NCBI GenBank assembly: GCA_050010515.1
Contig: JBEKKX010000004.1
Span: 1 to 64,000 of the forward strand
Direction: 5' to 3'
DNA: 64,000 nucleotides
DNA from: Candidatus Bathyarchaeia archaeon
Lineage (GTDB): Archaea > Thermoproteota > Bathyarchaeia > Bathyarchaeales > Bathycorpusculaceae
Shown: in pieces, positions 40,211 through 50,022 of the stretch
Numbering within the stretch: position 1 is the stretch's first letter
Layout: the number at the start of each line of letters is the position of its first letter
The notes under the pieces: generated by a model
Database searches by the model: none
What the model was told of the DNA's origin: nothing
What the model saw: the letters and a program-made list of their open reading frames with translations, nothing else
Program-made: the position numbers and the translations under genes

Positions 40211-41390
40211 TTTCCTCTTCCCCAAAAACCTCATCTAGAACCGAGACTGCCCGATCGATCTGTTCTTTCTCAATCACCAAAGGCGGCAACAGTCGAACCA
40301 CGGTTCTTCCAGCATCCAGCACCAAAACACCTTTTTCCGCCGCTTTGAGAATTACGTTGTGAACGTCGTAGCGCAGTTCCATACCAAGCATTAAGCCTAA
40401 GCCGCGAACTTCCTTGATGATTTTATGCTTAGCCTGCAAACCTTCCAGCTGAGCCTTCAAATACTTGCCCATAACGGCTGCTCGGTCAGTGAGTTTTTCT
40501 TCTACAAGCGCATCTATGGCGGCGCATCCTGCGGCACAAACCAGCGGGCTTCCACTGAAAGTGGTTGAGTGCTCACCGATTTTGAGCGCTGACATAATGT
40601 TCTCCTTGGCAACGGTTATACCGATGGGTAAGCCGCCTGCAAACGGCTTCGCCAAACACATAACATCAGGCGTAACACCCCAGTTTTGGCACCCGAACAG
40701 TTTGCCCGTGCGCCCAAAACTGGTTTGCACTTCATCAAAAATTAACAAAACATTCTTTTCATCGCAGATTTGCCGCACTGCCTGCAAGTAACCGTCAGGT
40801 GGAACGCGAACGCCGCCTTCACCGCGGATTGGCTCCATCAAGACTGCGGCTGTTTTCTCAGTTATCGTTTCACGAATTTTATCGGCGTTGTCAGGGGCTA
40901 CATGCTTGAACTCGGGAACCAGCGGCATGAAAGGCTCTCTGTATTTCTTGTCCCATGTTGCTGATAATGCGCCCATAGTTTTGCCATGAAAAGCGCCCAT
41001 TAAAGCAATTATTTCTGGTTTGTCCGTGTATTTGCGGGCGAGTTTTATAGCGCACTCGACGGATTCAGCTCCACTGTTTGAAAGGAACGCTTTATCCAAG
41101 CCTTTCGGCGTTATCTGCACAAGTTTTTGTATGAATTCGGCTCGTTTGTCGTTGTAGTAGCCGCTGTGACAGGTAATAAGTTGCTCTGCCTGAGCTTGAA
41201 TGGCTGCTACAACTTTTGGGTGACAATGCCCCAGCAACGCTACACCGTAGCTGCTTGAGCAATCCAAGTATTCTTTTCCGTTTATGTCCCAGACAAGCGC
41301 ACCTTTGCCTCTTGTTAGTACGATTGGTTTTTTGGAGAAAACATTTGCCATGAACCGATTTTCAATATCCATTATGTCTTTGTCATTCAC
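40179..41390 (-). CDS. lysJ: [LysW]-semialdehyde aminotransferase (class III)
   Basis: FHGKT, EPIRGEGG, DEVQTSFGRTG, LAK. Operon context. Confidence 0.92.
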   Translation of the reverse strand: MNDKDIMDIENRFMANVFSKKPIVLTRGKGALVWDINGKEYLDCSSSYGVALLGHCHPKVVAAIQAQAEQLITCHSGYYNDKRAEFIQKLVQITPKGLDKAFLSNSGAESVECAIKLARKYTDKPEIIALMGAFHGKTMGALSATWDKKYREPFMPLVPEFKHVAPDNADKIRETITEKTAAVLMEPIRGEGGVRVPPDGYLQAVRQICDEKNVLLIFDEVQTSFGRTGKLFGCQNWGVTPDVMCLAKPFAGGLPIGITVAKENIMSALKIGEHSTTFSGSPLVCAAGCAAIDALVEEKLTDRAAVMGKYLKAQLEGLQAKHKIIKEVRGLGLMLGMELRYDVHNVILKAAEKGVLVLDAGRTVVRLLPPLVIEKEQIDRAVSVLDEVFGEEENERASSTVPN

Positions 41391-42201
41391 TGGTTATCAC
41401 TGTACCAACCTTATGATTCAACGCCAAGCTAATCGGCTGATTTCCCGTGCCCGCGGTAACTAAGACTTCCTTGACGCCCTGGTTTAAAGCTTCCAGCGCA
41501 GCGTGGACTTTGGTGCTCATGCCTTGCCCAATGCTTGACATGACCTCTTTAACCTCAGTTGCGTTAATTTTTGGAACGCACTCGCCCTTGAGCATTAAGC
41601 CCGGCACGTCGGTGAGCAGGATTAAGCGATCTGCTTTAAGTGCGCCCGCGATGATGGCGGCTGTTCGGTCGCCGTCCACGTTGAGGGGTTCAAAATCTTG
41701 GCTAAGCGCTATAGGTGTCACAATTGGCACGTAGCCTTTTTCAAGCAGGAGATTTAGCAGTTCAGAGTTAACTTGGGTTATTTTTCCTGTATATCCGCCG
41801 TCTATAACTTTTTTTCTGCCCCGTTCGTCGATGTGGATGAGTTTGGTTTTTCGTTCAGCTTTCAAGGTTGCCGCATCTAAGCCAGTTATGCCTACAGCTT
41901 GGATGCCTTGGCTTTGCAATGCTAAAACGATTTGCTTGTTGATTTTGCCTGCCATAACCATAGTGTAAATTTCAATTGTTTCTTTGTCGGTGTAGCGGCT
42001 TCTGAACCCTTCTGGCGAAATTATGAATTTTTGTTCTTTGCCCAGTTTAGAGGCGATTTCGGTGACTTCTACGCCTCCGCCGTGCACAAGGATGACCTTG
42101 TTGTCTTTGGCTACGTCTTTTAGGTCGGCGACTAAATCTTGGGATGCGCCCTCTTTGAGTATGCTTCCGCCCATCTTTATTACAAGCAGCATAGCTATCA
42201 C
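41383..42201 (-). CDS. lysZ: [LysW]-aminoadipate/glutamate kinase
   Basis: IKMGGS, VHGGG, SPEGFRSRYTD, GGYTGKI, LNVDGDR. Confidence 0.94.
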   Translation of the reverse strand: MIAMLLVIKMGGSILKEGASQDLVADLKDVAKDNKVILVHGGGVEVTEIASKLGKEQKFIISPEGFRSRYTDKETIEIYTMVMAGKINKQIVLALQSQGIQAVGITGLDAATLKAERKTKLIHIDERGRKKVIDGGYTGKITQVNSELLNLLLEKGYVPIVTPIALSQDFEPLNVDGDRTAAIIAGALKADRLILLTDVPGLMLKGECVPKINATEVKEVMSSIGQGMSTKVHAALEALNQGVKEVLVTAGTGNQPISLALNHKVGTVITSE

Positions 42202-43253
42202 ATCGGATGGAAACCAGTACTCTTCAGCCCAGTTGTCTCATCTATGCCCAAGAGTATGTTCATGCATTGTACGCCTTGACCTGCTGCACCTTTGGTCATG
42301 TTGTCGAGGGCTGAGAAAAGCAAAAGCCGATTTGCATGCTCATCTATCTCAAAGCCGACGTCACAGTAGTTTGTGCCCAGGGTCACTTTCGGGTCAGGCA
42401 ACTGATAGGGTCCTTTCTGATATTTTACCAAACGTATGAACGGTTCACTGCCGTATTGCCCGCGGAGAGCTTTCCAAATGTCCTTGCTGGTTATGGGTTG
42501 TTTGGGGAAAGTGTAGATAGTGGCGAGGATACCGCGCACCATGTTTACAGTATGCGGAGTGAACGAGATTTTTACGGGTTCATTAGTTAACGCGTTAAGT
42601 TCCTGCTCTACCTCAGCGATGTGGCGGTGACCAACAACCTTGTAGGGTCGCACTCCGCTAAACCGCTCCGGATGATGCGAGGAGATGGAGGGTTTGCTGC
42701 CGCCGCCGGAAGAACCAACTTTTAGGTCCACTACGATTTTGTCGTTGTCAACAAGTCCAGCTTTCACTATAGGTGCCAAGCCCAAAATGGCGGATGTTGC
42801 CATGCACCCTGGACAAGCAACGAGCTTAGTGTTTTTTATTTCTTCTCGATGAAGCTCGGGCAAGCCGTATGCTGCTTCTTTGAGCATTTCTGGGTGGGCA
42901 TGTTTCCAGCCATAGTAGGTTTCGTAGTCGGCTGGGTTTTTGAGGCGGAAGTCAGCGCTCATGTCGATTACTTTTAAGCCTGCCTCTAAGAGTTTAGGAA
43001 CTAAATTAACTGAGCCACCGTGGGGGGTTGCCGTGAAGATCAAGTCGCAGTTTTTCTGCAACTCAGCCATATCTTGGGGCACAAATTTTAGCTGTGTCAA
43101 TCCCCGCAAGTTCGGATGCACGTTGAAAACGTATTCTCCTACGCTTTGGCGTGAAGTAACCATAGTTACCTCTGCTTGCGGATGAAGAAGCAGCAGTCGC
43201 AGGAGCTCGCTGCCAACGTATCCTGAACCGCCAATTATTCCGATTCTCAACAT
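42198..43253 (-). CDS. lysY: [LysW]-phosphate reductase (ArgC family)
   Basis: GGSGYVG, DMSADFRL, PGCMAT, SHHPER, HRH.AE, DNMTKGAAGQ. Confidence 0.94.
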   Translation of the reverse strand: MLRIGIIGGSGYVGSELLRLLLLHPQAEVTMVTSRQSVGEYVFNVHPNLRGLTQLKFVPQDMAELQKNCDLIFTATPHGGSVNLVPKLLEAGLKVIDMSADFRLKNPADYETYYGWKHAHPEMLKEAAYGLPELHREEIKNTKLVACPGCMATSAILGLAPIVKAGLVDNDKIVVDLKVGSSGGGSKPSISSHHPERFSGVRPYKVVGHRHIAEVEQELNALTNEPVKISFTPHTVNMVRGILATIYTFPKQPITSKDIWKALRGQYGSEPFIRLVKYQKGPYQLPDPKVTLGTNYCDVGFEIDEHANRLLLFSALDNMTKGAAGQGVQCMNILLGIDETTGLKSTGFHPM

Positions 43254-43274
43254 CTTTTTTTCCTCGTTACTTGG

Positions 43275-44459
43275 TTAATGGTCTATTAGGCTTTGCGCAC
43301 TCTTCAAGAGAGGAACCGCCACATTATAGCCTGTTGCAAGCCGAGTGTTCTCCCAAAACTCTGGGCAAGAATTCGACTCATGAAACATCAATGCACTCTT
43401 ATTATTTTCTACGCTTTCTTCAATTATCTTTTTAATATTTTCGTAATGCTCGCTATCTCTGTAGCCTTGGAACGCTTTTTCTAGTTTACTGTTCCATGCT
43501 TGAAAGTCAGTTAGGCGACTGTCATCCTGCTTAATCCTTTGGACAGGTGTGAACGCTTTGGCTGCCTTATCGAGTTCAGCTTTGAGGTAAGCATCATCAA
43601 CCTGTTTGTTTTCTTTAACGTTTACCATGGCGTCTAAAGCGAAAATCCACGCTTCACTGCCTTTTCCAAGGGTTTTGCCGCATTTCACCGCAAGTTCCTG
43701 AATGCTTTTGGGTAGTTTGGCGCCGAAAACTAAGTTGCCCAAGAAAGTGTTTGTTCTGAAATCCTTAAAGCCGGCTCTTGCCATCGCGGTAGGATAGCAA
43801 ACCGGTTGTTTACCTTTCTCTTTATGAACTATTATTCTTAAATCGTAAAACCACTTCTGAATTAGTTCCTGCGCAACTACGCCAACAGGGTTAATTATTG
43901 AGGGCTTTGTTTCTTGGATGTTGGTTATGAGTTCTTCTTGGTTTTTTGATAGCATGATCATTTTGCCGTGAGTTCCTGCGTCGGCTTTGATGACTATGCC
44001 TTCTGTGAGGGGGATTTCTTGTTGGAATAGTTCTGCTATGTCTTTTTCGTTGTGAATTTCCTTGCCATTTTTCATAGTGTCGGTTGAGTCGCATGGAACG
44101 TAGACCGTTTTGGGAATTGGGATACCTTCTTTCCAGAAGTTGAGCAATGTGCGTAGTTTGCTGTAGCAGAGGAATTCGATTTGAGAGCTGTTGAGAGATT
44201 TTTTGCCAAGTTGTTCCATGATGTATGAGGCTTGGAGGCGACGATTTTTGCTTTGCGCGCGGTTAAGCACGACAACGGTGTCTTTGATTATGTTTGTGTA
44301 GTCTTTGCCTTTGGTTTTAGCGCTAAAGCCGTCTTTGGAGATTGATAAAGAGATTTTTCGGAATGGCAGAAAAGTCAAATCAATGCCTAATTGTTGGGCG
44401 GTTAGTTTTATGCCGTTTTCGTCGTTTTCTGACCGCTCATATAGGAGTGCTATGCTCAT
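43275..44459 (-). CDS. lysX: Divergent LysX/ArgX-like ATP-grasp ligase
   Basis: LLYER, VLNR.QS..R, GIPIPKT, IKADAGTHG, AQELI, DLRI, FRTNT.LG, HESNSCPEF. Lies between lysW and lysY. Confidence 0.8.
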   Translation of the reverse strand: MSIALLYERSENDENGIKLTAQQLGIDLTFLPFRKISLSISKDGFSAKTKGKDYTNIIKDTVVVLNRAQSKNRRLQASYIMEQLGKKSLNSSQIEFLCYSKLRTLLNFWKEGIPIPKTVYVPCDSTDTMKNGKEIHNEKDIAELFQQEIPLTEGIVIKADAGTHGKMIMLSKNQEELITNIQETKPSIINPVGVVAQELIQKWFYDLRIIVHKEKGKQPVCYPTAMARAGFKDFRTNTFLGNLVFGAKLPKSIQELAVKCGKTLGKGSEAWIFALDAMVNVKENKQVDDAYLKAELDKAAKAFTPVQRIKQDDSRLTDFQAWNSKLEKAFQGYRDSEHYENIKKIIEESVENNKSALMFHESNSCPEFWENTRLATGYNVAVPLLKSAQSLIDH

Positions 44460-44532
44460 CGCTTTTCTGCTTCCACCAAAAAAATTAATCAAAAAACTGA
44501 TTTAAATAATGAAGGCTGGGTAGTGATACTGC

Positions 44533-44763
44533 TTATTCGCCCCAGTCTTCGCCTTCAATGGTTAATTCTTGAAGGTCTACGCATCCGCCTTTTACTTGTT
44601 TAACTTCAAGTTCAAGTCCGCAGCCTGGACAGCTCAGGATTTCTCCTTTTTCTGTGTCTGCTGGAACATCAATTTCTGCGTCGCAGTCAGGGCATTTTGC
44701 CTTATTTAGGGCCTTCATTTCTTGAGGGTTTATATTTACTGGTTTAATCATTTTATTCGTCAC
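44533..44763 (-). CDS. lysW: LysW amino-group carrier protein
   Basis: CPDC, GEILSCPGCG, C-terminal EDWGE. Confidence 0.96.
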   Translation of the reverse strand: MTNKMIKPVNINPQEMKALNKAKCPDCDAEIDVPADTEKGEILSCPGCGLELEVKQVKGGCVDLQELTIEGEDWGE

Positions 44764-44806
44764 TTTTTTATATTCGGAAATGTCTTTTTCAATAAAGTCG
44801 GGTTTC

Positions 44807-44833
44807 TTTTAAACATTTTGACTTATTTGTTAC
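44807..44833 (-). promoter_or_regulatory. TATA box plus putative operator of the lysW operon
   Basis: Minus strand GTAAC-AAATAA-GTCAA-AATG-TTTAAAA. Near-identical to the argG promoter. Confidence 0.75.
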
Positions 44834-45006
44834 AACTCAGACTGCTAATGTTCCATTTGGTGCAAATATTTAGCATGAAAAAAGAGCTTTAGGAACAGGA
44901 AAACGTACAATAAACACGTAAACACAACGAAATCCGCACTCACTCAAATGTCAAGAATAGAAATCGTTAAATTTTTCCTAAGGCAATAACCTTCAGGCGA
45001 CAGGAA

Positions 45007-45417
45007 ATGGACGAGAAAAACAAAGAAATAATCAAACTCCTAAAAGATGACTCAAGAGCAGGCTACGGCGAAATAGGCGCAAAAGTAGGCTTATCTGAAG
45101 GCGCTGTAAGGAAAAGAATCAAAACACTTGGTGACGAAGGAGTCATACGCAAATTCACGGTTAAAATCGGTGTTGCAGAAGGCGCCCAAGCCATAACTTT
45201 ACTCACAGCCAACCCTGCCTATCCAACACAGGAAGTTTCAAAAAAAATCCAAACAATCCCAAATGTTGAAACAATCTATGAAGTAACAGGCGAATACGAC
45301 ATTGTTGCAGTTATCAGTGGTATGAACGTGACGGAAGTTAACGAGTGCATAGAAAAAATCCGCTTGGTAGAAGGCATAATGAAAACCAATACGATGATTG
45401 TCCTACGCAGCTCCTGA
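45007..45417 (+). CDS. Lrp/AsnC regulator (LysM-like)
   Basis: GLSEGAVRKRI HTH, YEVTGEYDI RAM domain. Divergent from lysW. Confidence 0.93.
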   Translation: MDEKNKEIIKLLKDDSRAGYGEIGAKVGLSEGAVRKRIKTLGDEGVIRKFTVKIGVAEGAQAITLLTANPAYPTQEVSKKIQTIPNVETIYEVTGEYDIVAVISGMNVTEVNECIEKIRLVEGIMKTNTMIVLRSS

Positions 45418-45662
45418 CCTTCTCCCATCCAGGTCCGCTCCAAAATGTTTGGCAGAACACAATCTAGCTAATAGAAGGACAACAGGGTTTATTCGGGTTT
45501 TTTGTTAGAGCGACTTGTTTTAAGGTCTCTATTTCGCCTTGTTAGCGTTTAGAGTCTTTAAAGTTGTTGAATTGTAGATGTGTTGAACAGACGGGCAGTA
45601 ATAAGCTAAAATCAATAATATTTATTAATAGTCACGACACCGTGTTCATTGGTCAAAGAAAA

Positions 45663-46298
45663 ATGGTTGAAAAATTACAAGAAAGCGCACAGTCTTTAAA
45701 ATGCTTAAACAACATAGAAATCGAAGCTTTTAGACTTTATGAAGCGTTATCCAAGAAAATCAATCCTCCTGAAAGCAGCTTTATTTTATGTTTAGCATAT
45801 GACAGCCTAAAATGCGCAAAAATCATTCAGGGAATACTTGATTATATTGACCTGCCTGAAACAGAAAACATTAACTGCAAAAAGAACCTGTTAGAAATAG
45901 CGAACAATATTTCCAAGTTTACCAAAAAACTATTCAAAACTAACAACCTAAATTACGAACTTTCATGCGAAATACTAAAAGAATTAACTAACCTAGAGGA
46001 TCAACTCAGCGAAGTCTACACCAATTACCTGCAATCCCCTGCACTTAAAAATATAGCCGATGAATTTTCAAAGTTAGCATTAAACTTAAGCAATTTCAAG
46101 AAAATCTTTGAAACCTTCGCAGAGCAAAAACAAAAACACCGAGAAACCCTCATCGAAATCATATATTGCTTCGAAGCAAAAGAATCAGAAAGACTCACCA
46201 CCATGGCACCAACATTCAAATATAAAAACCCTGACTCATGGATCCACGAATCAACAATTCATGACTTCACAGATACACAAGCCAAAGAAAACATTTGA
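45663..46298 (+). CDS. Ferritin-like four-helix hypothetical protein
   Basis: E..A..LY..L, DS.KC, LE......Y, Q.H...L: degenerate ferritin-like spacing. Confidence 0.55.
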   Translation: MVEKLQESAQSLKCLNNIEIEAFRLYEALSKKINPPESSFILCLAYDSLKCAKIIQGILDYIDLPETENINCKKNLLEIANNISKFTKKLFKTNNLNYELSCEILKELTNLEDQLSEVYTNYLQSPALKNIADEFSKLALNLSNFKKIFETFAEQKQKHRETLIEIIYCFEAKESERLTTMAPTFKYKNPDSWIHESTIHDFTDTQAKENI

Positions 46299-46392
46299 AA
46301 TACCTTCCGATCAACCTCCTCAACCTAACTAAGGCAGTTATCAGGCATAGCAACTGCAATATTGCGGAAAAATATTGACATCTCAAGAAAAG

Positions 46393-46461
46393 TTATTTTT
46401 CAACCAATAACTCTTTGACCCCCCGCTCAATTTCATCTCTGATTTCTCGCACCTTATCTAG
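46393..46461 (-). pseudogene. C-terminal relic of an ArsC/LMW-PTP family gene
   Basis: LDKVREIRDEIERGVKELL resembles the ArsC C-terminal helix. Rest of gene absent. Confidence 0.55.
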
Positions 46462-46685
46462 CGCGCATGCGTGTTCCTTAAATGGTTTAAAATGGTTAAA
46501 AGTCATATTTCTTCGTTTAAGTCTCATTTTAAAGCATGAACCCTGAACGGAACTGCCCAATGAGTAAGGTAGCAAAAAGGCGAATCATCACCATTTTTCA
46601 CCAATTTCGGAACAACCATGCACGCTAAAAATTGTTCTTAAGTATGTATTTAGCTCTCGTTTTTTGTCTTAAGGGTATTTGTTTT

Positions 46686-46736
46686 TGCTCAACCTACCTA
46701 CCCGGTCTACTAGATGCTTCTAATATGCCCCAAATA
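46686..46736 (+). repeat. Dispersed degenerate intergenic repeat, copy A
   Basis: TGCTCAA..CCTACC..TCTACTAGATGC..AATATGC..CAAATA. Inverted copy at 48452-48500, partial copy from 38822. Confidence 0.7.
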
Positions 46737-46871
46737 TGATTCAACATAGATGTGCATAGAACGAAGACCACGCATTTTACATGCAGAACAGTGCTTTTCA
46801 ACATAGAAAAATCTGTTTTTTGATGTAAAAAGCATTAAAAAAGAAAAAACAAGAGCTAAACATGCACTTGC

Positions 46872-47585
46872 TTAAAACTTTATTTTCTCAATTCTCTCTA
46901 CAGCGCTAACTGTTCCAACATAAGCAATATCAGTTAACCCAACAAAAAAACCTGTTTCTACAACGCCGGGAATCATCTTCAACTTTACCTCCAACTCTGC
47001 CGGTTTAGCTATCTCACCAAAATAAGAATCCAAAATGACATTTCCATTATCAGTTATCACCGGACCAAGCTTTCCTTTTCCTTCGCGCAAAACAGGCTTT
47101 CCACCCGCATCAATAATTTTTCGTTTGGCCAGTGAAATTGCAAAAGGCAAAACTTCTATCGGCACAGACTGGTTATTTTCACCTAGCACTTTCACTTTTT
47201 TCTTCTCATCAGCAATGATAATGTTAAGTTTAGAGGCAGCGGCAACAATCTTTTCTCTCGCCAAAGCCGCACCCATACCCTTGATTAAAAATAATTCAGG
47301 AGTTATCTGGTCTGCCCCGTCAATGGTCACGTCTATTTGCGGATGTTCGTCCAAAGTTGTAATCGGAATACGACATTCAACCGCTAACAAGAAGGCTTGA
47401 TAAGAAGTAGGAATACCCATAACACGCAGTTTTTCACGTTTTATTCTTTCGCCTATTGCTTCTATGGCAAACACGGCAGTACTTCCGCTTCCTAAACCAA
47501 CAATAAAGCCGTCCTTAACATGTTTAACCGCTTCTAAGGCTGCTTTCTGTTTTGCCGCTTGAATTGGGTCAAGATTAGCTTTCAA
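46872..47585 (-). CDS. rpiA: Ribose-5-phosphate isomerase A
   Basis: GLGSGST, IDGADQ, IKG.GAAL.REK, TDNGN, PGVVETG. Confidence 0.97.
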   Translation of the reverse strand: MKANLDPIQAAKQKAALEAVKHVKDGFIVGLGSGSTAVFAIEAIGERIKREKLRVMGIPTSYQAFLLAVECRIPITTLDEHPQIDVTIDGADQITPELFLIKGMGAALAREKIVAAASKLNIIIADEKKKVKVLGENNQSVPIEVLPFAISLAKRKIIDAGGKPVLREGKGKLGPVITDNGNVILDSYFGEIAKPAELEVKLKMIPGVVETGFFVGLTDIAYVGTVSAVERIEKIKF

Positions 47586-48312
47586 TTTCCATCTGCCCCA
47601 GTTTATCTAAAACCTTCTCAACTTCACTTCTAATCGACTCAATCCTTTTCTCAGCTTCAGTTTTAGCATCAGGCTTTTCTTCTGGAAGTTTCCGCTTCTT
47701 TTTCTGCTTTTCTTCACCTGCTTCCTCCTCTTCTTCTTCCTCACCCTCAATTTTTTCTATCTGCGAAACTGGCATTTGAGTCGGTAATTTTACAGGTATC
47801 TCTCTTATCGGTTTAACATCAATCTTCGTTCTAAGCTCTTCAACTTTCGAGGTTAATTCTCCGAAGCGTTCACTGAAAAGCTTCATTAAATCTTCCTGCA
47901 TCCCCTCAAGATCATGCAACGCAACTATTGTTTCATCTTTTGAAATGGATTCTTTAATAGAATTCATTCTAGCCTTGTAGCTTGCGGCAAGCTTTTCTCT
48001 CTCTGCCTCCGAGATTTTTCCCTCTGCTTGCGCTTCATATAAGCGGCGAATTGCATCGCTCAAAATCTCTCTTTCTAAATCGAGCATCCGCAGTTCATCT
48101 TTTGCGTTAGAAGCTGTTGTTGTTTGGACGCTTTTGGAGATTCTGAAGGGTGAACCTGCATATTCAAGGAGTGAATCCTTATCTGTTTTTTGAGGTTTTT
48201 TCTGCCGGGGTTTATTTCCCAGTTTTCTCATGGCAAAAATCACTATTCCGCAGGCGATGATTATCACTACCGCTACCGCAGTGACTGTTACTGGGTCATC
48301 GTACCAAGCCAT
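47575..48312 (-). CDS. Membrane-anchored coiled-coil hypothetical protein
   Basis: N-terminal TM, long charged helices, Glu run. Overlaps the rpiA start. Confidence 0.8.
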   Translation of the reverse strand: MAWYDDPVTVTAVAVVIIIACGIVIFAMRKLGNKPRQKKPQKTDKDSLLEYAGSPFRISKSVQTTTASNAKDELRMLDLEREILSDAIRRLYEAQAEGKISEAEREKLAASYKARMNSIKESISKDETIVALHDLEGMQEDLMKLFSERFGELTSKVEELRTKIDVKPIREIPVKLPTQMPVSQIEKIEGEEEEEEEAGEEKQKKKRKLPEEKPDAKTEAEKRIESIRSEVEKVLDKLGQMEIES

Positions 48313-48451
48313 GCCAAACTGTCCTCGATATCTTGATTGCGCACCATGTATATATAAATTATATAATACAAGTGTCCCATACGGTTTTCCAACTTCAATT
48401 TTGAAAACCTCAGTATGCCGTTTTTACTTTTTTCAAGTGCGCTCTTTAAAG

Positions 48452-48500
48452 TATTTGAAGCATATTGGAGGCATCTAGTAGATCCCGGTAGGCTTGAGCA
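48452..48500 (-). repeat. Dispersed degenerate intergenic repeat, copy B
   Basis: Reverse complement TGCTCAAGCCTACCGGGATCTACTAGATGCCTCCAATATGCTTCAAATA. Confidence 0.7.
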
Positions 48501-48761
48501 TAACAAGTTTCTATGGTTATCGAAAATTGGGAAGGCGGGGTAGGGTATCAATTTAGCTAGTGAATTTCTCAAGCAAAATTGAATCCAGTGGACAGGGTCT
48601 ACTCCTCTATTTGGGATGCCTGCTGTCAATTATTCCGCGATAATGTTCAGCCCCCAAAAAGTCAATTTAATGGGCGTACATCTGCCCCCGACAGGATAAT
48701 TTATCTTTAGCAAGTTACCATTTTCTCTTCAAGTAGCACACATTCGTGAGTTTAGAGCGAA

Positions 48762-49997
48762 ATGGTTACTATAGAGAAACCTAGGCTTGTAGTTTTCGAC
48801 GTTGAAGGAGTTCTTATTCCGAAAAACCGCTTCTTTTTCGAAGTAGGAAAAAGCTTAGGCTTAATTAAGCTGATCAAGCTCCTTTTTTACGGTTTTCTCT
48901 ATGAAGCAGGCATTTTAAAGTTAGAATCGGTGCTGAGGTATATTTTTAAAGAATCAAAAGGCGTTAAACTTGAAACTTTAACTTTAATTTTTGAAAAAAT
49001 TCCTTCAACACCTTTTTTGCAAAACATTTTTTCTCAAATAAAAATGAGAAACTGCAAAATTGCCTTGATTAGTTCTGGGTTGCCAACAGTTATTGTTAAA
49101 AAATTGGCTGACGCTGTAGGTGCAGACTACGCCTATGGCATTGAAGTTGAAACCAAAGATGGCAAGTTGACCGGTAAAATCTGGGGTGACGCTATTGAGC
49201 CGGAGGGGAAACTGAAAATTTTATCGCAAATTTTAACTGCTGAAGGCTTACGTTTAAGCGATTGCATCGTTGTCGCTGATGACAGAAACAACAACTGCAT
49301 CTTTTTATCTGGAATGTTGAAAATTGGTTTTAATCCCGATTTTGTTTTAAGAGTTAAAGCTGACAGGGTAGTGAATGGCACACTTTCTGCAATCTTGCCC
49401 ATTATTGATGGGAAACCACATAAACGTTCTTTTCCGTCAACAAACGATTTTCTAAGAGAAGATATTCATGCTTCCGGATTTTTTATGCCAGTTATCGCCA
49501 CTTTAATAGGTGTTCCCACAGTAGGCGTTTTAATTTTCACGATAGCATTGATATATTCTATATCGGAACTTTGGCGTTTAGAAGGAAGAGAATTTTCATT
49601 CATTTCGGCGATTACACGCCATGCTGCCTCACAATCAGAATTGAATGGCTTTGCAGCAGCGCCATTGTACTTTGCTTTTGGTATTTTGTTTACTTTGCTT
49701 GTGTTTCCTCATCCTGCAAGTTATGCCGCCATCGCTATGTTTTGCTTAGGCGATAGCGTAGCCTCCCTTTTTGGCGGTTTTATTTCAACGTCTTTACCAT
49801 TTAACAAAGGGAAAACTTGGGAAGGTTCGCTAGCTGGTTTCTTTTTTGCGTTTTTAGCTGGCACGTTTTTTGTTTCGCCGTTATTAGCTTTTATTGGGGC
49901 AGCAATCGCTATGACCATTGAAGTTCTTCCTCTGCCAGTGAATGATAATGTGCTAGTGCCAGTGATTACAGGAGCAGTGTTGACCCTGCTTATCTAA
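48762..49997 (+). CDS. Fusion of a SerB-like HAD domain and a dolichol/phytol-kinase-like membrane domain
   Basis: VVFDVEGVL, ISSG, K, VADDRNN, then RE.IH, GDSVASLFG, GKTWEGSLAGF, NDNVLVP. Confidence 0.85.
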   Translation: MVTIEKPRLVVFDVEGVLIPKNRFFFEVGKSLGLIKLIKLLFYGFLYEAGILKLESVLRYIFKESKGVKLETLTLIFEKIPSTPFLQNIFSQIKMRNCKIALISSGLPTVIVKKLADAVGADYAYGIEVETKDGKLTGKIWGDAIEPEGKLKILSQILTAEGLRLSDCIVVADDRNNNCIFLSGMLKIGFNPDFVLRVKADRVVNGTLSAILPIIDGKPHKRSFPSTNDFLREDIHASGFFMPVIATLIGVPTVGVLIFTIALIYSISELWRLEGREFSFISAITRHAASQSELNGFAAAPLYFAFGILFTLLVFPHPASYAAIAMFCLGDSVASLFGGFISTSLPFNKGKTWEGSLAGFFFAFLAGTFFVSPLLAFIGAAIAMTIEVLPLPVNDNVLVPVITGAVLTLLI

Positions 49998-50022
49998 AGG
50001 GATTACCGCCTTAAGATAATCC

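Noticed and set aside
47720-47750. Purine-rich (minus strand) low-complexity tract
   Set aside because: Encodes the Glu run of the coiled-coil protein. Not an independent repeat.
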